A DNA stretch of 43,733 bases from Bacteroidales bacterium (GTDB lineage Bacteria; Bacteroidota; Bacteroidia; Bacteroidales; UBA4181): assembly GCA_031549585.1 (NCBI GenBank), contig JAVBPN010000147.1, positions 1-43,733 of the forward strand. The letters run 5' to 3'. The notes under the pieces were generated by a model. That model was not told the origin of the DNA. It worked only from the letters and a program-made list of their open reading frames with translations, and did no database searches. The translations under genes were made by a program, and so were the position numbers. Within the stretch, counting starts at the first letter, position 1, and each line of letters begins with the position of its first letter. Positions 20,571 through 30,518 of the stretch are shown one piece after another.

Positions 20571-21074
20571 ATGACAACCATAGAATTTTTCGATCGGTTG
20601 ATAAATATAAGCGATTCATTAAACCATTTTGCATTCAGGTTGACGGCCAATAAAGATGACGCCAAAGACTTGGTGCAGGATACTTTTTTGAAGGCACTGA
20701 TGTACCGCAACCAATTTAAAAACCCCAGTAATTTGAAAGCATGGACATATACCATCATGAAAAATACATTCATTAATAATTATCATAAAAATTTGAGGCA
20801 AGGTGCCACTTTTGATTATAATTATCATTCATTTTTTTTGAATCAATATGCTGGGGCACATGATATGGAACCCGAATCGATACTTAGGACAAAAGAAATT
20901 AATAAAGCAATCGAACATTTGGATCACGAGTTTAAAATACCTTTTACTATGCATGTACAAGGTTATAAGTACAAAGAAATATCCAATGTTTTGGGATTGA
21001 AGATAGGCACGGTAAAAAGCAGGATCTTTTTCACCCGTAAAAAATTGGCCGAAGCTTTACCGGGCTATTATTGA
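20571..21074 (+). CDS. ECF-type sigma-70 factor
   Basis: DAKDLVQDTFLKA, NLKAWTYTIMKN (region 2); GYKYKEIS..IGTVKSRIF (region 4). Confidence 0.93.
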   Translation: MTTIEFFDRLINISDSLNHFAFRLTANKDDAKDLVQDTFLKALMYRNQFKNPSNLKAWTYTIMKNTFINNYHKNLRQGATFDYNYHSFFLNQYAGAHDMEPESILRTKEINKAIEHLDHEFKIPFTMHVQGYKYKEISNVLGLKIGTVKSRIFFTRKKLAEALPGYY

Positions 21075-21218
21075 TTGAAGGCCATAATACTTATTGCAAT
21101 ATGCAATTAGAGTTTATGCCCTAACTTTATATTTAACAAGTTGAAAACAAGCAAAATGCATCTATATAGGACGATTTAATCGTAATAAAGCAATGTTTCT
21201 TTTGAAAAAAAAGAAAAT

Positions 21219-23828
21219 ATGGAAAAGGGGAAATTGAAAATATTTTTTGGAATTTCTCCGGGCGTGGGGAAAACCTTTGCAATGCTTCGAACTGCTCATG
21301 CTGAATCCGATAAAGGGGTCAGAGTGGCTATCGGATGGGTAGAGGAACGTACTCGTTCTGAAAGTGGCGCTTTGTTGAAAAGGCTTTTAGTGGTTCCCCA
21401 AAAAAGGCTGGAACATCAGGGTATTTACTATGAAGAACCTGATATTGAAACCATATTGAATATGCGTCCGCAACTGGCACTGATTGCCGATTTGGCACAT
21501 GACAATGCGCCAGGAAGCCGTAATAGAAAACGATATCAAGATATACAGGAATTATTGGACAATGGAATCGACGTATATACAACAGCAAATGTGATATGTC
21601 TGGAAAGTCGTATTGAAGCTGTTTCCCGGATTACCGGATTTCGTTTTACACGAACACTTCCCGATGAAATTTTTGAATTGGCCGATGAAGTAGAACTGAT
21701 CGATATTACACCTAAGAAATTACTTACCCGCTTGAATGACGGAAAAGTAAATTTGACGGGGTTTTCCGAAGAGGATATTGATAATTTTTTTCTTAAGAAA
21801 AAGATAACTGCCTTACGAAAAATGTCATTCCGGATCATGACTGATAGGTTGAATAACCGGAAATATTTCCAAGAACCATGGAAAGACCCAGTACGTATGT
21901 TGATATGGATCGATATCGATCCTGTTTCTATACAAGTGATAGAAAGGGTTAAAATTATGGCGGACTTAATGGATGCTGAATGGACTGCATTATACGTGGA
22001 AACAGATAGGATGTTGACCGAACAGGAAAAAAAACATCTGGTCAACAACGTCAAATTAGTCCATCAATGCGGAGGAGATCTGATAACTTTTTTGAGCAAT
22101 GATCCTGTGGGAGCCTGCTTGGAAATCGTTCAGAGAGAGAATATTTCCCACATTGTTATTCCGAAACCTGCACATAGATACTTTTTGGGTTATTCTGGGA
22201 GAAGACGGATCAACCGGTTAATCAGAAGAAGCGGCGATATCAATATATACATGATCGGTGTAGAAAAAACGGCAGAACATCCTCGCATCCGGAAACATTC
22301 TTTTCCGACAATAAAATCCGAATATGGCACATATGCTATAGCACTGTTAGTCGCTGTTATTGTAGGGCTACTTAGCGTGACGCTTGCCGAAAAAACCGGT
22401 TATCGATTCTTACCCCTTGTCGTGCTTTTGGCGTTATTTATTATGGCAGCTATTCTCCGCATAGGACCTATTTTAATAGTTTCTACATTGTTGGTATTTG
22501 CTTTGGCCGATTTTTTGATCCCTCCTTTGTTTTCGTTCGAACTACATGTTCCTGAAGATATATTCCCCTTTGTGGTATATTTTGGTATTGCGTTTGTTAT
22601 TGGTTTTTTTACCATCAAATTTAGGGAACAAAAAGAACAGGCAGAAGCTCGAGAACAACAGACCAATGCGTTATTTTTGCTGACTAAAAGACTAAGCGAT
22701 GCCACAGACATCCAAGAGTTAATAAAAATAAGCGAAGAAAATATCCAAAAATACTTTTCAATAAATGCTTGCTTTATTTTCCGGAATGGAGATGAATATT
22801 TGACTGATCAAACTTACATACCCAAAGAAATATTGTTGTCCGAAACAGAGTTGGAAGCAGTTGATTGGGCATTTAAAAATGAAAAAATTGTAGGGAAGTT
22901 TACCGATAACATGCCTTTTTGTGCATACACTTATTATCCATTGAAAGGATCAAGCATGCTTGTGGGCGTTGTTGCTTTGAAGCAGAAAGAGCCATTCACA
23001 GGAAGAACCAGTCTCTTTTGGGATGCTTTTTTGACACAAATTACCCAATCTATTGAACACCGGCATCTGGAACAATTGGCGCGTCAAACAAGTCTATTAA
23101 ATGAATCAGCCCGATTGTATAAAACGCTTTTTAATTCGATTTCGCACGAATTAAGGATTCCGGTAGCAACCATTATGGGGGCTTCCGATATTTTGATGAT
23201 GGACAATTATCCTGATCATGTCAGGCAAGAGCTTTACGGAGAAATGGTGAAAGCATCGCAAAGACTCAACCGATTGATCGAAAATCTGCTGAATATGTCG
23301 CGGCTTGAATCAGGACACATCGCTGTACATCCAGACTGGTGTGATGTTTTTGACTTATTTAATCGTGTAAAAGAGAATTTACAGGAAGAACTTCAATCAT
23401 TCCGTTTAGTAATAGCCGTTCCCGAATCAATGCCTCTGGTGAAACTCGATTTCGGTTTGATGGAGCAAGTAATATATAACTTGGTATACAATTCCAGCCT
23501 GTACGCTGTTCCGGGAACAACCATTTGTATCAAAGCAAGGTATAAAGAAAATCAGTTGGTAATTCAGGTGATGGATAGAGGTAGCCTCGGCTTCGAACCT
23601 AAAGATTTACCACATGTATTTGACAAATTCTGGCGTTATAAGAGTAGCACAACCGGAGGCCTTGGGCTGGGGTTATCCATCGTAAAAGGTTTTGTGGAAG
23701 CGCACAAAGGCACGGTAACAGTAAGAAATAGAAGAGTCAGCGGGGTTTGTTTTACCATCACTATCCCTACAGAAATCTCCAATGGGAACAGTCATGACAT
23801 TAATCCTTTAGAAGAAGATTCTGTCTAA
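21219..23828 (+). CDS. kdpD: KdpD-like sensor histidine kinase
   Basis: GKLKIFFGISPGVGKT, LAHDNAPGSRNRKRYQDI, Usp-like domain, 4-TM region, GAF, H-box SISHELRIP, GGLGLGLSIVKG. Confidence 0.85.
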   Translation: MEKGKLKIFFGISPGVGKTFAMLRTAHAESDKGVRVAIGWVEERTRSESGALLKRLLVVPQKRLEHQGIYYEEPDIETILNMRPQLALIADLAHDNAPGSRNRKRYQDIQELLDNGIDVYTTANVICLESRIEAVSRITGFRFTRTLPDEIFELADEVELIDITPKKLLTRLNDGKVNLTGFSEEDIDNFFLKKKITALRKMSFRIMTDRLNNRKYFQEPWKDPVRMLIWIDIDPVSIQVIERVKIMADLMDAEWTALYVETDRMLTEQEKKHLVNNVKLVHQCGGDLITFLSNDPVGACLEIVQRENISHIVIPKPAHRYFLGYSGRRRINRLIRRSGDINIYMIGVEKTAEHPRIRKHSFPTIKSEYGTYAIALLVAVIVGLLSVTLAEKTGYRFLPLVVLLALFIMAAILRIGPILIVSTLLVFALADFLIPPLFSFELHVPEDIFPFVVYFGIAFVIGFFTIKFREQKEQAEAREQQTNALFLLTKRLSDATDIQELIKISEENIQKYFSINACFIFRNGDEYLTDQTYIPKEILLSETELEAVDWAFKNEKIVGKFTDNMPFCAYTYYPLKGSSMLVGVVALKQKEPFTGRTSLFWDAFLTQITQSIEHRHLEQLARQTSLLNESARLYKTLFNSISHELRIPVATIMGASDILMMDNYPDHVRQELYGEMVKASQRLNRLIENLLNMSRLESGHIAVHPDWCDVFDLFNRVKENLQEELQSFRLVIAVPESMPLVKLDFGLMEQVIYNLVYNSSLYAVPGTTICIKARYKENQLVIQVMDRGSLGFEPKDLPHVFDKFWRYKSSTTGGLGLGLSIVKGFVEAHKGTVTVRNRRVSGVCFTITIPTEISNGNSHDINPLEEDSV

Positions 23829-24337
23829 AAAGCACATGCAGCATGTATACCTATCATCATATGGGAATCGTCTTTTGTCCATGAGTAATCAATGGCTGGC
23901 CCCATATGGAATCTTTCCCAATGAAATAAGTCATATACCAACTCAAAATGTAAAGCGAACCGGGGATCTCCTAATGAGTCATGCCCATTATGCGAATCTG
24001 ATTCGTCACTTTCAAAGAAAGTCAAACCGGGTAGCACACCAATGCTCAAACGATCGGTGATCTGATATTTACCTCCGGCGCTCACATTGAAATGTCCTCC
24101 TTCTGCCCAGACTTGCTCAATGCTACCTCCCAACGACCATTTTCCGTGCTTGCCTATTGTACGAAAATAATGTACGTGTATTCCACCTCCCCAGACATCG
24201 TGATCAAAAGAATAAATCGCTCCGCCACTGAATCCTATTTCGTTTCGTCCATGAACATGCTCATGCTCTTGAGCAAATAGAGATGATATGTAAAATACAC
24301 ATGCAAAGAAGACAGAAATAGGTTTTAAAAATTTCAT
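23825..24337 (-). CDS. Hypothetical exported His-rich protein (small beta-barrel-like)
   Basis: Signal peptide then QEHEHVHG; alternating aromatic beta-strand pattern; terminal Phe; overlaps the kdpD end by 4 bp. Confidence 0.7.
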   Translation of the reverse strand: MKFLKPISVFFACVFYISSLFAQEHEHVHGRNEIGFSGGAIYSFDHDVWGGGIHVHYFRTIGKHGKWSLGGSIEQVWAEGGHFNVSAGGKYQITDRLSIGVLPGLTFFESDESDSHNGHDSLGDPRFALHFELVYDLFHWERFHMGPAIDYSWTKDDSHMMIGIHAACAF

Positions 24338-24558
24338 TTGTTTATTTTCAATTTTTTAAGATCATAATCTGTTCACCCGTCGTTATCAATCAATTGACCA
24401 TATACCAACAAGCAAATATTTATTTTTGTTCCCAATAGAATCTGCTAATGTTATGAAAAAGATGAAAGTATGGTTGGATCATCATTACTCATGCACAAAC
24501 AAAGGTATTGGTTTATATGTTGCATAAATGAAAACATCCAACTAATAAATTGAAAGCG

Positions 24559-25011
24559 ATGAAAATCTTATTTACATGGACCATAGTTATATTGCTTTGT
24601 TCCAGCTTAAATGCTCAGGACAATAACATTCAGAATCTTTTGAACGATTATTTACAGATAAAGAATGCTTTGGTAGACAGTAATGGTAAAAAAGCAAGGG
24701 AATATGCACAAAATATGCAAGCTGCCCTCAAGAATACGCCTAATATCAGCGGACAAAAGAGCATGCTGAAAACGGTTGGAGAAATTAGCAAAACCACAGA
24801 TATTGAAAAACAACGAAAAGCATTTGCCGATTTATCTGAGCCAATGTGGAATTTGGTTAAAAATACGGAAGATCTGACCCAAGATGTTTATTACCAATAT
24901 TGTCCTATGAAAAAAGCGTATTGGATCAGCGCAGAAGAAGCCATTAGAAACCCATATTATGGTTCTCAAATGTTGACTTGCGGCAGTGTAAAAGAAACCA
25001 AGAAAAAGTGA
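24559..25011 (+). CDS. DUF3347 domain heavy-metal-associated exported protein
   Basis: YLQIKNALV, IEKQRKAFADLS, YYQYCPM, WIS..IRNPYYGSQMLTCGSV. Confidence 0.9.
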   Translation: MKILFTWTIVILLCSSLNAQDNNIQNLLNDYLQIKNALVDSNGKKAREYAQNMQAALKNTPNISGQKSMLKTVGEISKTTDIEKQRKAFADLSEPMWNLVKNTEDLTQDVYYQYCPMKKAYWISAEEAIRNPYYGSQMLTCGSVKETKKK

Positions 25012-25014
25012 CGC

Positions 25015-27234
25015 TTAATATGTCACAACGATACCTCCGCCCCAACCCATATCGCTGTCATAATTTCCGGCAACCGAAATGTATTTGGTCAGTATGTAGC
25101 GCATATCGAAACGGTATTCCCAATCGGTGTTGACAGACATGTCCAAACGTAAGCGCGAAGTGAGGGCAATATCTTTACGGCTCATCTTCAATCTTACGTT
25201 TCCTTCAATGTCAGCTTGTAAATCGGCTACAATCAGCAAAGGCAATGTGTAGGCCACACCAAACATCAGCGTATTCCGGTTATTATCCGTATGCATGGAT
25301 TGATAATGATAATCCCATGCCACATAAGGAAATAGATATTGCATTTTTCCCAAATATCTTCCAAAGCGGACGGTCGCCATGTAACCATGCTCATCGTCCC
25401 AACCTGTGTGCCAGTCAGCGCCAAGCGCATAACGGGTATTGGCAAGCATTGCTTCGCCATGAGTGCCGTTGCTTGCTACTCCAACATGAAACATTGGGTG
25501 AATTTCCCGATCATCGCTTAAAAATTTACGATTGGCTTTTTTCGGATCAGGAATATCTGGATTGGGGGGCGAATCTTCATATGTGAACACGCGCCCCATG
25601 CCACTCATCATGTGATATAAAATATGGCAATGAAAAAACCAGTCACCGTTTTCGGTTGCTGCAAACTCTAATGTGTCGGTTTCCATCGGCATGATGTCTA
25701 CCACATTTTTTAATGGGGCATAATCGTCCTGACCGTTTAACACGCGGAAGAAATGACCATGCAGGTGCATCGGATGGCGCATCATACTGTTGTTGTATAT
25801 GATGATACGCACATTTTCTCCTTGCCGGATTAAAATGCGGTCGGTTTCAGAAATCACTTTGTTGTCCAATGACCAAACATAACGATTCATATTGCCTTCC
25901 AGCTTAAAATGCAATTCTTTCCAAGGTGAATCTGGCAATGTTGTTTTGACAGGCGAGCGTAACATGCCATAGTTGAGCGTAACAATTTCCTCCGATCCTT
26001 GCGGCATATTCATTCCTTCGTGATGTGCATGATTTTCTTTATTTTCTCCTTTTTGTAGTTCGGGATACATCACTACATTCATATCCATTTTCTGGACACT
26101 CATGTTCATACCCATATCATCCATATCACCGTTCATTTTCATCATGCCATTCATCATTTTCATGCCGGCAAAATAGTTGAGTTTAGGCAGGTCGGGTGCA
26201 GGCATTTTCATTCCTTTGCCTAACCACAAAGAAGTATACTTGGTCCGGTCTTCGGCTGTAGCACGAAATTCGTAATTCATATGGTCGGGAATAGATACAA
26301 TCACATCATACGTTTCTGCCACACCGATAATCATCCGGTCAACATCCACGGGTACGACATCCATCCCATCATTGGAGATTACTGATATCTTGCCACCGGC
26401 GAATTGCAGCCAAAAGTAAGTGGATGACGAACCATTGATGATACGCAAACGTATTTTTTCACCGGGTTGCAATTGCGAAAATTCTGTTTCCTGTTTCCCG
26501 TTTGTAAGCATGGCATCGTAATAAACGTCACTCACATCCATTGCATGCATCCGTTTCCATTCATTGACGATCTTTACACCCAAATTACCGGATGTGAGGG
26601 CTTCCCAATAATTCTGTGTAGATTCTTTTTTGATCATATACCAATCATTGGCTGCGCGTAAACTATGGTGGACTTCTGCCGGACGTTCGTTGGTCCAATC
26701 GCTCAATAACAAGACATATTCCTTCACCGGCGGTTCATTACGCTTGTGGATAATTAAACTGCCATACATTCCGCTTTGTTCCTGTAGTTTGGTATGTGAG
26801 TGATACCAATATGTCCCGCTTTGTACAAGGGGAAATTTATAAATTGCTGTTTCGCCTGCTTCAATCGGTGCAGTGGTTAAGTAAGGTACACCGTCCATAC
26901 GGTTTGGCAATATTAAACCATGCCAGTGAAGGGATGTTTCAGTTTTCAGTTGATTATGCACATGTATTTCGGCAGTATCGCCCTCAGTAAAATGTAATGC
27001 CGGACCAGGAATTTGCCCATTGATGGCAAGGGCTTTTTTCTCCTTTCCTGTATAATTGACTGTTGTATCTGAAATATACAAATGATAGATAACTGTCTTA
27101 GCGACATTTGTCTGTTTGATTGATGAAGTATTGTCCCGGTTAGTGGTTTCTTTATCCCGAAATTCATAACCATGCCTGGCCATGCTGTAAAAACAGCCGG
27201 AAAGTAATAAGGCTATGAATATCATTTTTCTCAT
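25015..27234 (-). CDS. Multicopper oxidase (CopA/PcoA-like) with Met-rich linker and C-terminal extension
   Basis: Four Cu motifs: HWHG, WYHSH, HPMHLHGH, HCHILYHM; Met-rich insert MKMMNGMMKMNGDMDDMGMNM. Confidence 0.93.
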   Translation of the reverse strand: MRKMIFIALLLSGCFYSMARHGYEFRDKETTNRDNTSSIKQTNVAKTVIYHLYISDTTVNYTGKEKKALAINGQIPGPALHFTEGDTAEIHVHNQLKTETSLHWHGLILPNRMDGVPYLTTAPIEAGETAIYKFPLVQSGTYWYHSHTKLQEQSGMYGSLIIHKRNEPPVKEYVLLLSDWTNERPAEVHHSLRAANDWYMIKKESTQNYWEALTSGNLGVKIVNEWKRMHAMDVSDVYYDAMLTNGKQETEFSQLQPGEKIRLRIINGSSSTYFWLQFAGGKISVISNDGMDVVPVDVDRMIIGVAETYDVIVSIPDHMNYEFRATAEDRTKYTSLWLGKGMKMPAPDLPKLNYFAGMKMMNGMMKMNGDMDDMGMNMSVQKMDMNVVMYPELQKGENKENHAHHEGMNMPQGSEEIVTLNYGMLRSPVKTTLPDSPWKELHFKLEGNMNRYVWSLDNKVISETDRILIRQGENVRIIIYNNSMMRHPMHLHGHFFRVLNGQDDYAPLKNVVDIMPMETDTLEFAATENGDWFFHCHILYHMMSGMGRVFTYEDSPPNPDIPDPKKANRKFLSDDREIHPMFHVGVASNGTHGEAMLANTRYALGADWHTGWDDEHGYMATVRFGRYLGKMQYLFPYVAWDYHYQSMHTDNNRNTLMFGVAYTLPLLIVADLQADIEGNVRLKMSRKDIALTSRLRLDMSVNTDWEYRFDMRYILTKYISVAGNYDSDMGWGGGIVVTY

Positions 27235-27835
27235 GTGGTCATCATTTGCGTCAGCCTTTGTCGAATCAATCGATCAATGGGTTTTTATAGCTCCATATCT
27301 GATGGCTCCATGATGAGATACTTTCTTTCACATGAAACTACAATTAAATAAGGCCATCCATACATTAACAGGAAACATTAGTTTTTGTTTTTGTAAGAAA
27401 TAATTATTTGGTGCGTATCATGGCTTCTGCCATGTGGCAAGCGGGTTTGTATATATACTGTTTATTCATACAATAAACAGTATTGTATTCTACCGTGTTT
27501 AATAGTTAAAAGATATTTGGTAAAAAGGAAAACTGTCAGTCAACACAACAATAATACAGACAAAATAAGATTGGCAACATTTAAACTCTCTATATACAAA
27601 CCGTTTTTCAGCCATAACTGGGAAACGGTTTCCCTATTAGAACATTTGTAATGTTAATCATAAGATATTATGGCCATGATATTTATTGCCTTTTTAGTTT
27701 GTATTGTACTACAAACATAATGAAAGGATGATTTCATATAAATATAACTTTTCTGTAACGATGTCGAAACATCCATCCGGTAAGTTTGTAAAAATTCAAT
27801 AAAACAACAGATAACCACATAAAATTCATAAAAAC

Positions 27836-29065
27836 ATGAAATATACAATCGGGCAATTCAACGAATGTTTTCCCCCTATTATGGATGGAGTATCGCTTAC
27901 TGTCCGTAATTATGCCCATATATTAAACCGGACAATGGGTGATACCTATATGGTTACGCCTTCTTTTCCGGGATATATTGATCAAGAGGATTTTCCTGTA
28001 TTGCGTTATACTTCCATGCCTATTCCTATGCGGAAACCTTATCGTATGGGTATGCCATGGCTCGATCTTAACTTTCATCATCAAATAAATCATATTCCAT
28101 TTGATCTATTGCATTGTCATTCACCTTTTTCAGCAGGACGTTATGCTTTGCACATAGCACGTAAAAGAGGTATTCCCATAGTAGCCACTTTTCATTCAAA
28201 ATATCGCGAAGACTTCTTGCGGGCAGTGCATCACCCTGCCGTCGTAAGAATGATGATTCGGCGTGTAGTAGATTTTTATTCGGCAGTAGATGAAGTGTGG
28301 ATACCGCAGCCTGCTGTAGAGAGCACTTTACGCGAATATGGATTTAAAGGCCGTGTGACTGTGGTGGGAAATGGAACAGATTTTATTGACGGGAAATCGG
28401 TAGATATTTTACGGCGGGATGCCCGGAAAATGTTGGGACAAAGCGTTGACAAACCTATTTTTCTTTTCGTAGGGCAACTAATCTTGGAAAAGAATCTCCC
28501 ATTGATCATCGAGACATTGGGCAATTTGCGTGATCTGGATTTCACGGCGTACTTTGTGGGACAAGGTTATGCTGCCGAACAACTCAAAGTGCTTGCCGAG
28601 CAGCAGGGAATTGCAGAAAAAATATATTTTACCGGTACGATTCATGATCGGCAGATATTGAAACAATATTATGCGGCAGCCGATTTGTTTCTCTTTCCTT
28701 CTTTATATGATAACGCACCATTGGTGGTACGTGAAGCTGCAGCACTGCAAACGCCATCGTTGCTTGTCAAAGGGTCCACTGCCGCAGAAGTCATTTGTGA
28801 CGGAGTGAACGGTTTCTTAACAGAAAACAAAAAAGAAGTGATGGCGGAGAAAATTCGCAGTATAATGGTTGATCAAAAACTGAGGCAAACTGTAGGCGTA
28901 GCTGCTTCAAAAACTATCGCACAACCTTGGGAAGAAATCATCGACACAGTCAAGCAACGTTACATCAACATCATGCAACGGAAAAAACGGGAATTGTCAC
29001 ATAAACAAGATCGCCCAAATTGGCTCGAAAAAATATGGCCAGAACCGGTGATTGAAATGATTTGA
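27836..29065 (+). CDS. GT4 family glycosyltransferase (diacylglycerol glucosyltransferase-like)
   Basis: FPPIMDGVS, HCHSPFSAG, VATFHSKY, DLFLFPSLYDNAPLVVREAAA. Confidence 0.9.
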   Translation: MKYTIGQFNECFPPIMDGVSLTVRNYAHILNRTMGDTYMVTPSFPGYIDQEDFPVLRYTSMPIPMRKPYRMGMPWLDLNFHHQINHIPFDLLHCHSPFSAGRYALHIARKRGIPIVATFHSKYREDFLRAVHHPAVVRMMIRRVVDFYSAVDEVWIPQPAVESTLREYGFKGRVTVVGNGTDFIDGKSVDILRRDARKMLGQSVDKPIFLFVGQLILEKNLPLIIETLGNLRDLDFTAYFVGQGYAAEQLKVLAEQQGIAEKIYFTGTIHDRQILKQYYAAADLFLFPSLYDNAPLVVREAAALQTPSLLVKGSTAAEVICDGVNGFLTENKKEVMAEKIRSIMVDQKLRQTVGVAASKTIAQPWEEIIDTVKQRYINIMQRKKRELSHKQDRPNWLEKIWPEPVIEMI

Positions 29066-29121
29066 CATACATTTTACTACCAATTTTGCTATGCCCCAAA
29101 ACTATGTGCTATGTATCTAAC

Positions 29122-29158
29122 AAAAAAGCCGATATGCAAATATTAGCATACCGGCTTT
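29122..29158. terminator. Intrinsic terminator between convergent GT4 and DUF3332 genes
   Basis: AAAGCCGATATGC..GCATACCGGCTTT stem with an A6 tract on the left (U-tract for the minus strand). Confidence 0.75.
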
Positions 29159-29179
29159 CAACCTATAAAAACTTATACA

Positions 29180-29725
29180 TCACTTAAATGCTACGAGATT
29201 TATTTGATCAACAGCCTGACGGAAAGCAAGCACTCCGGCTTCGCTCAAAGGAACGTTCATTTCTTTACCATTAGCAAGATAGACAACTGCATTGTCTTCA
29301 TCCACCACTTTCAGTAGTTTAGCGGATATGTCTTTTGTAACAACACTCCAAGTATTTGATTCATCACAAACAAGACTGATTTCATCACCTGTACTGTTTT
29401 GAATTTTGTACCCATTTTCAAGGGCTTCCACCATGAAAATATCTTTCTCTCCCTTAATTGTTTTTATTTCACCTGCTGCAACAGGGTTGTTTCCCGACCA
29501 AAATTCAATGGAATTCAATACGATTCCATCAACAAACATGGTCACTTCGTAAACGGGAATAACAACCATTGCAAAGAATACCAATTCATTGACAAATTTA
29601 CTCCCAACGGACTTATTCCATCCATACAGTTTATTGGTCAAACCAAAAGAACCAATACAAGAGGTAAATAATACACTTCCTAAAATCACAGTTGCCATAA
29701 TAACTGCTACAGACCTTTTTTTCAT
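29180..29725 (-). CDS. DUF3332 family lipoprotein
   Basis: FTSC-IGSFGLTNKLYGWN, KFVNELVF, VLNSIEFWSGNNP; TATTTTTG box at 29763-29770. Confidence 0.88.
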   Translation of the reverse strand: MKKRSVAVIMATVILGSVLFTSCIGSFGLTNKLYGWNKSVGSKFVNELVFFAMVVIPVYEVTMFVDGIVLNSIEFWSGNNPVAAGEIKTIKGEKDIFMVEALENGYKIQNSTGDEISLVCDESNTWSVVTKDISAKLLKVVDEDNAVVYLANGKEMNVPLSEAGVLAFRQAVDQINLVAFK

Positions 29726-29989
29726 GTTTGATTATTTTTAAAGTTTATAATTCTACAACAATCAAAAATACAAAAAGGGATTAGTAATGATCGGATTTTT
29801 GTGAAAATTGATGAATAGTGGCTGATTATCAGTGGAATAAATTTAAGATCATTCGTTCTGAGGAGTCAATTCATAATTGTAGAGACAATACTAAAATTTT
29901 TGAGAAACTTTAAAATGAACTCGCGATTTTGTAATATTCTGAATTTTAATGTGATTGTTTGATAGTCATAACCTCATTGTAAAGGGTTA

Positions 29990-30053
29990 AACTAAATTTT
30001 TAGAAATAAATTTAAAAAATTAGTTCATAATTTAATTTTTTAGTTTATGTTTG
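29990..30053 (+). promoter_or_regulatory. Three 20-bp-phased operator-like palindromes plus -7 box (TATGTTTG, 30046-30053) upstream of the BlaI gene
   Basis: AACTAAATTTTTAGAA (29990), ATTTAAAAAATTAGTT (30010), ATTTAATTTTTTAGTT (30030); consensus AACTAA-N4-TTAGTT. Confidence 0.6.
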
Positions 30054-30149
30054 CAATAAAATATTCTTGGGATTTTCTTGACAAAAATATTGATGCTGTA
30101 GATAATGATTGATAGAGGCAGAATAAAAATGAATAATAAAGAAAAAGAA

Positions 30150-30518
30150 ATGAATAAAGTATTAACCAAAGCCGAAGAACAAGTAATGCAAACATTATGG
30201 AAGTTGCGACGTGCCGGACTTCGCGAGATTACCGAATCTATGCCCGCACCGCAACCTCACACTAGCACGGTCGCTACCAGGTTGAAAATACTGACCGATA
30301 AAGATTTTGTCAGTATAGAAGTGCTCGGAAGGATGCACTTTTATGCGCCAACCATTAGTAAAGAAGAATATTCTGACCAACTCATTGCAGGAATCGCTCA
30401 TTCATATTTTGATGGTTCATTCAGCAAAGTAATATCCCAGATGGTAAAAAATCAGAATGTAAGTATTGACGATCTGGAATTACTTGTCAAGCAATTGAAA
30501 AAGAAAAATAAACTATAA
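30150..30518 (+). CDS. BlaI/MecI/CopY family transcriptional repressor
   Basis: LTKAEEQVMQTLW, PHTSTVATRLKILTDKDFV, YFDGSF. Alternative starts at 30105 and 30129. The stop overlaps the next ATG (TAATG). Confidence 0.93.
   Translation: MNKVLTKAEEQVMQTLWKLRRAGLREITESMPAPQPHTSTVATRLKILTDKDFVSIEVLGRMHFYAPTISKEEYSDQLIAGIAHSYFDGSFSKVISQMVKNQNVSIDDLELLVKQLKKKNKL

Noticed and set aside
27444-27602. 12-bp inverted repeat GGTTTGTATATA / TATATACAAACC as an invertible promoter
   Set aside because: There is no TAnnTTTG box between the repeats and no recombinase nearby, and the repeat is short and AT-rich.
27654-27919. ORFs 27654-27848 and 27734-27919
   Set aside because: They overlap the start of the GT4 gene and span a consensus promoter box; only the last 7 codons of the first are kept as a possible micro-ORF.
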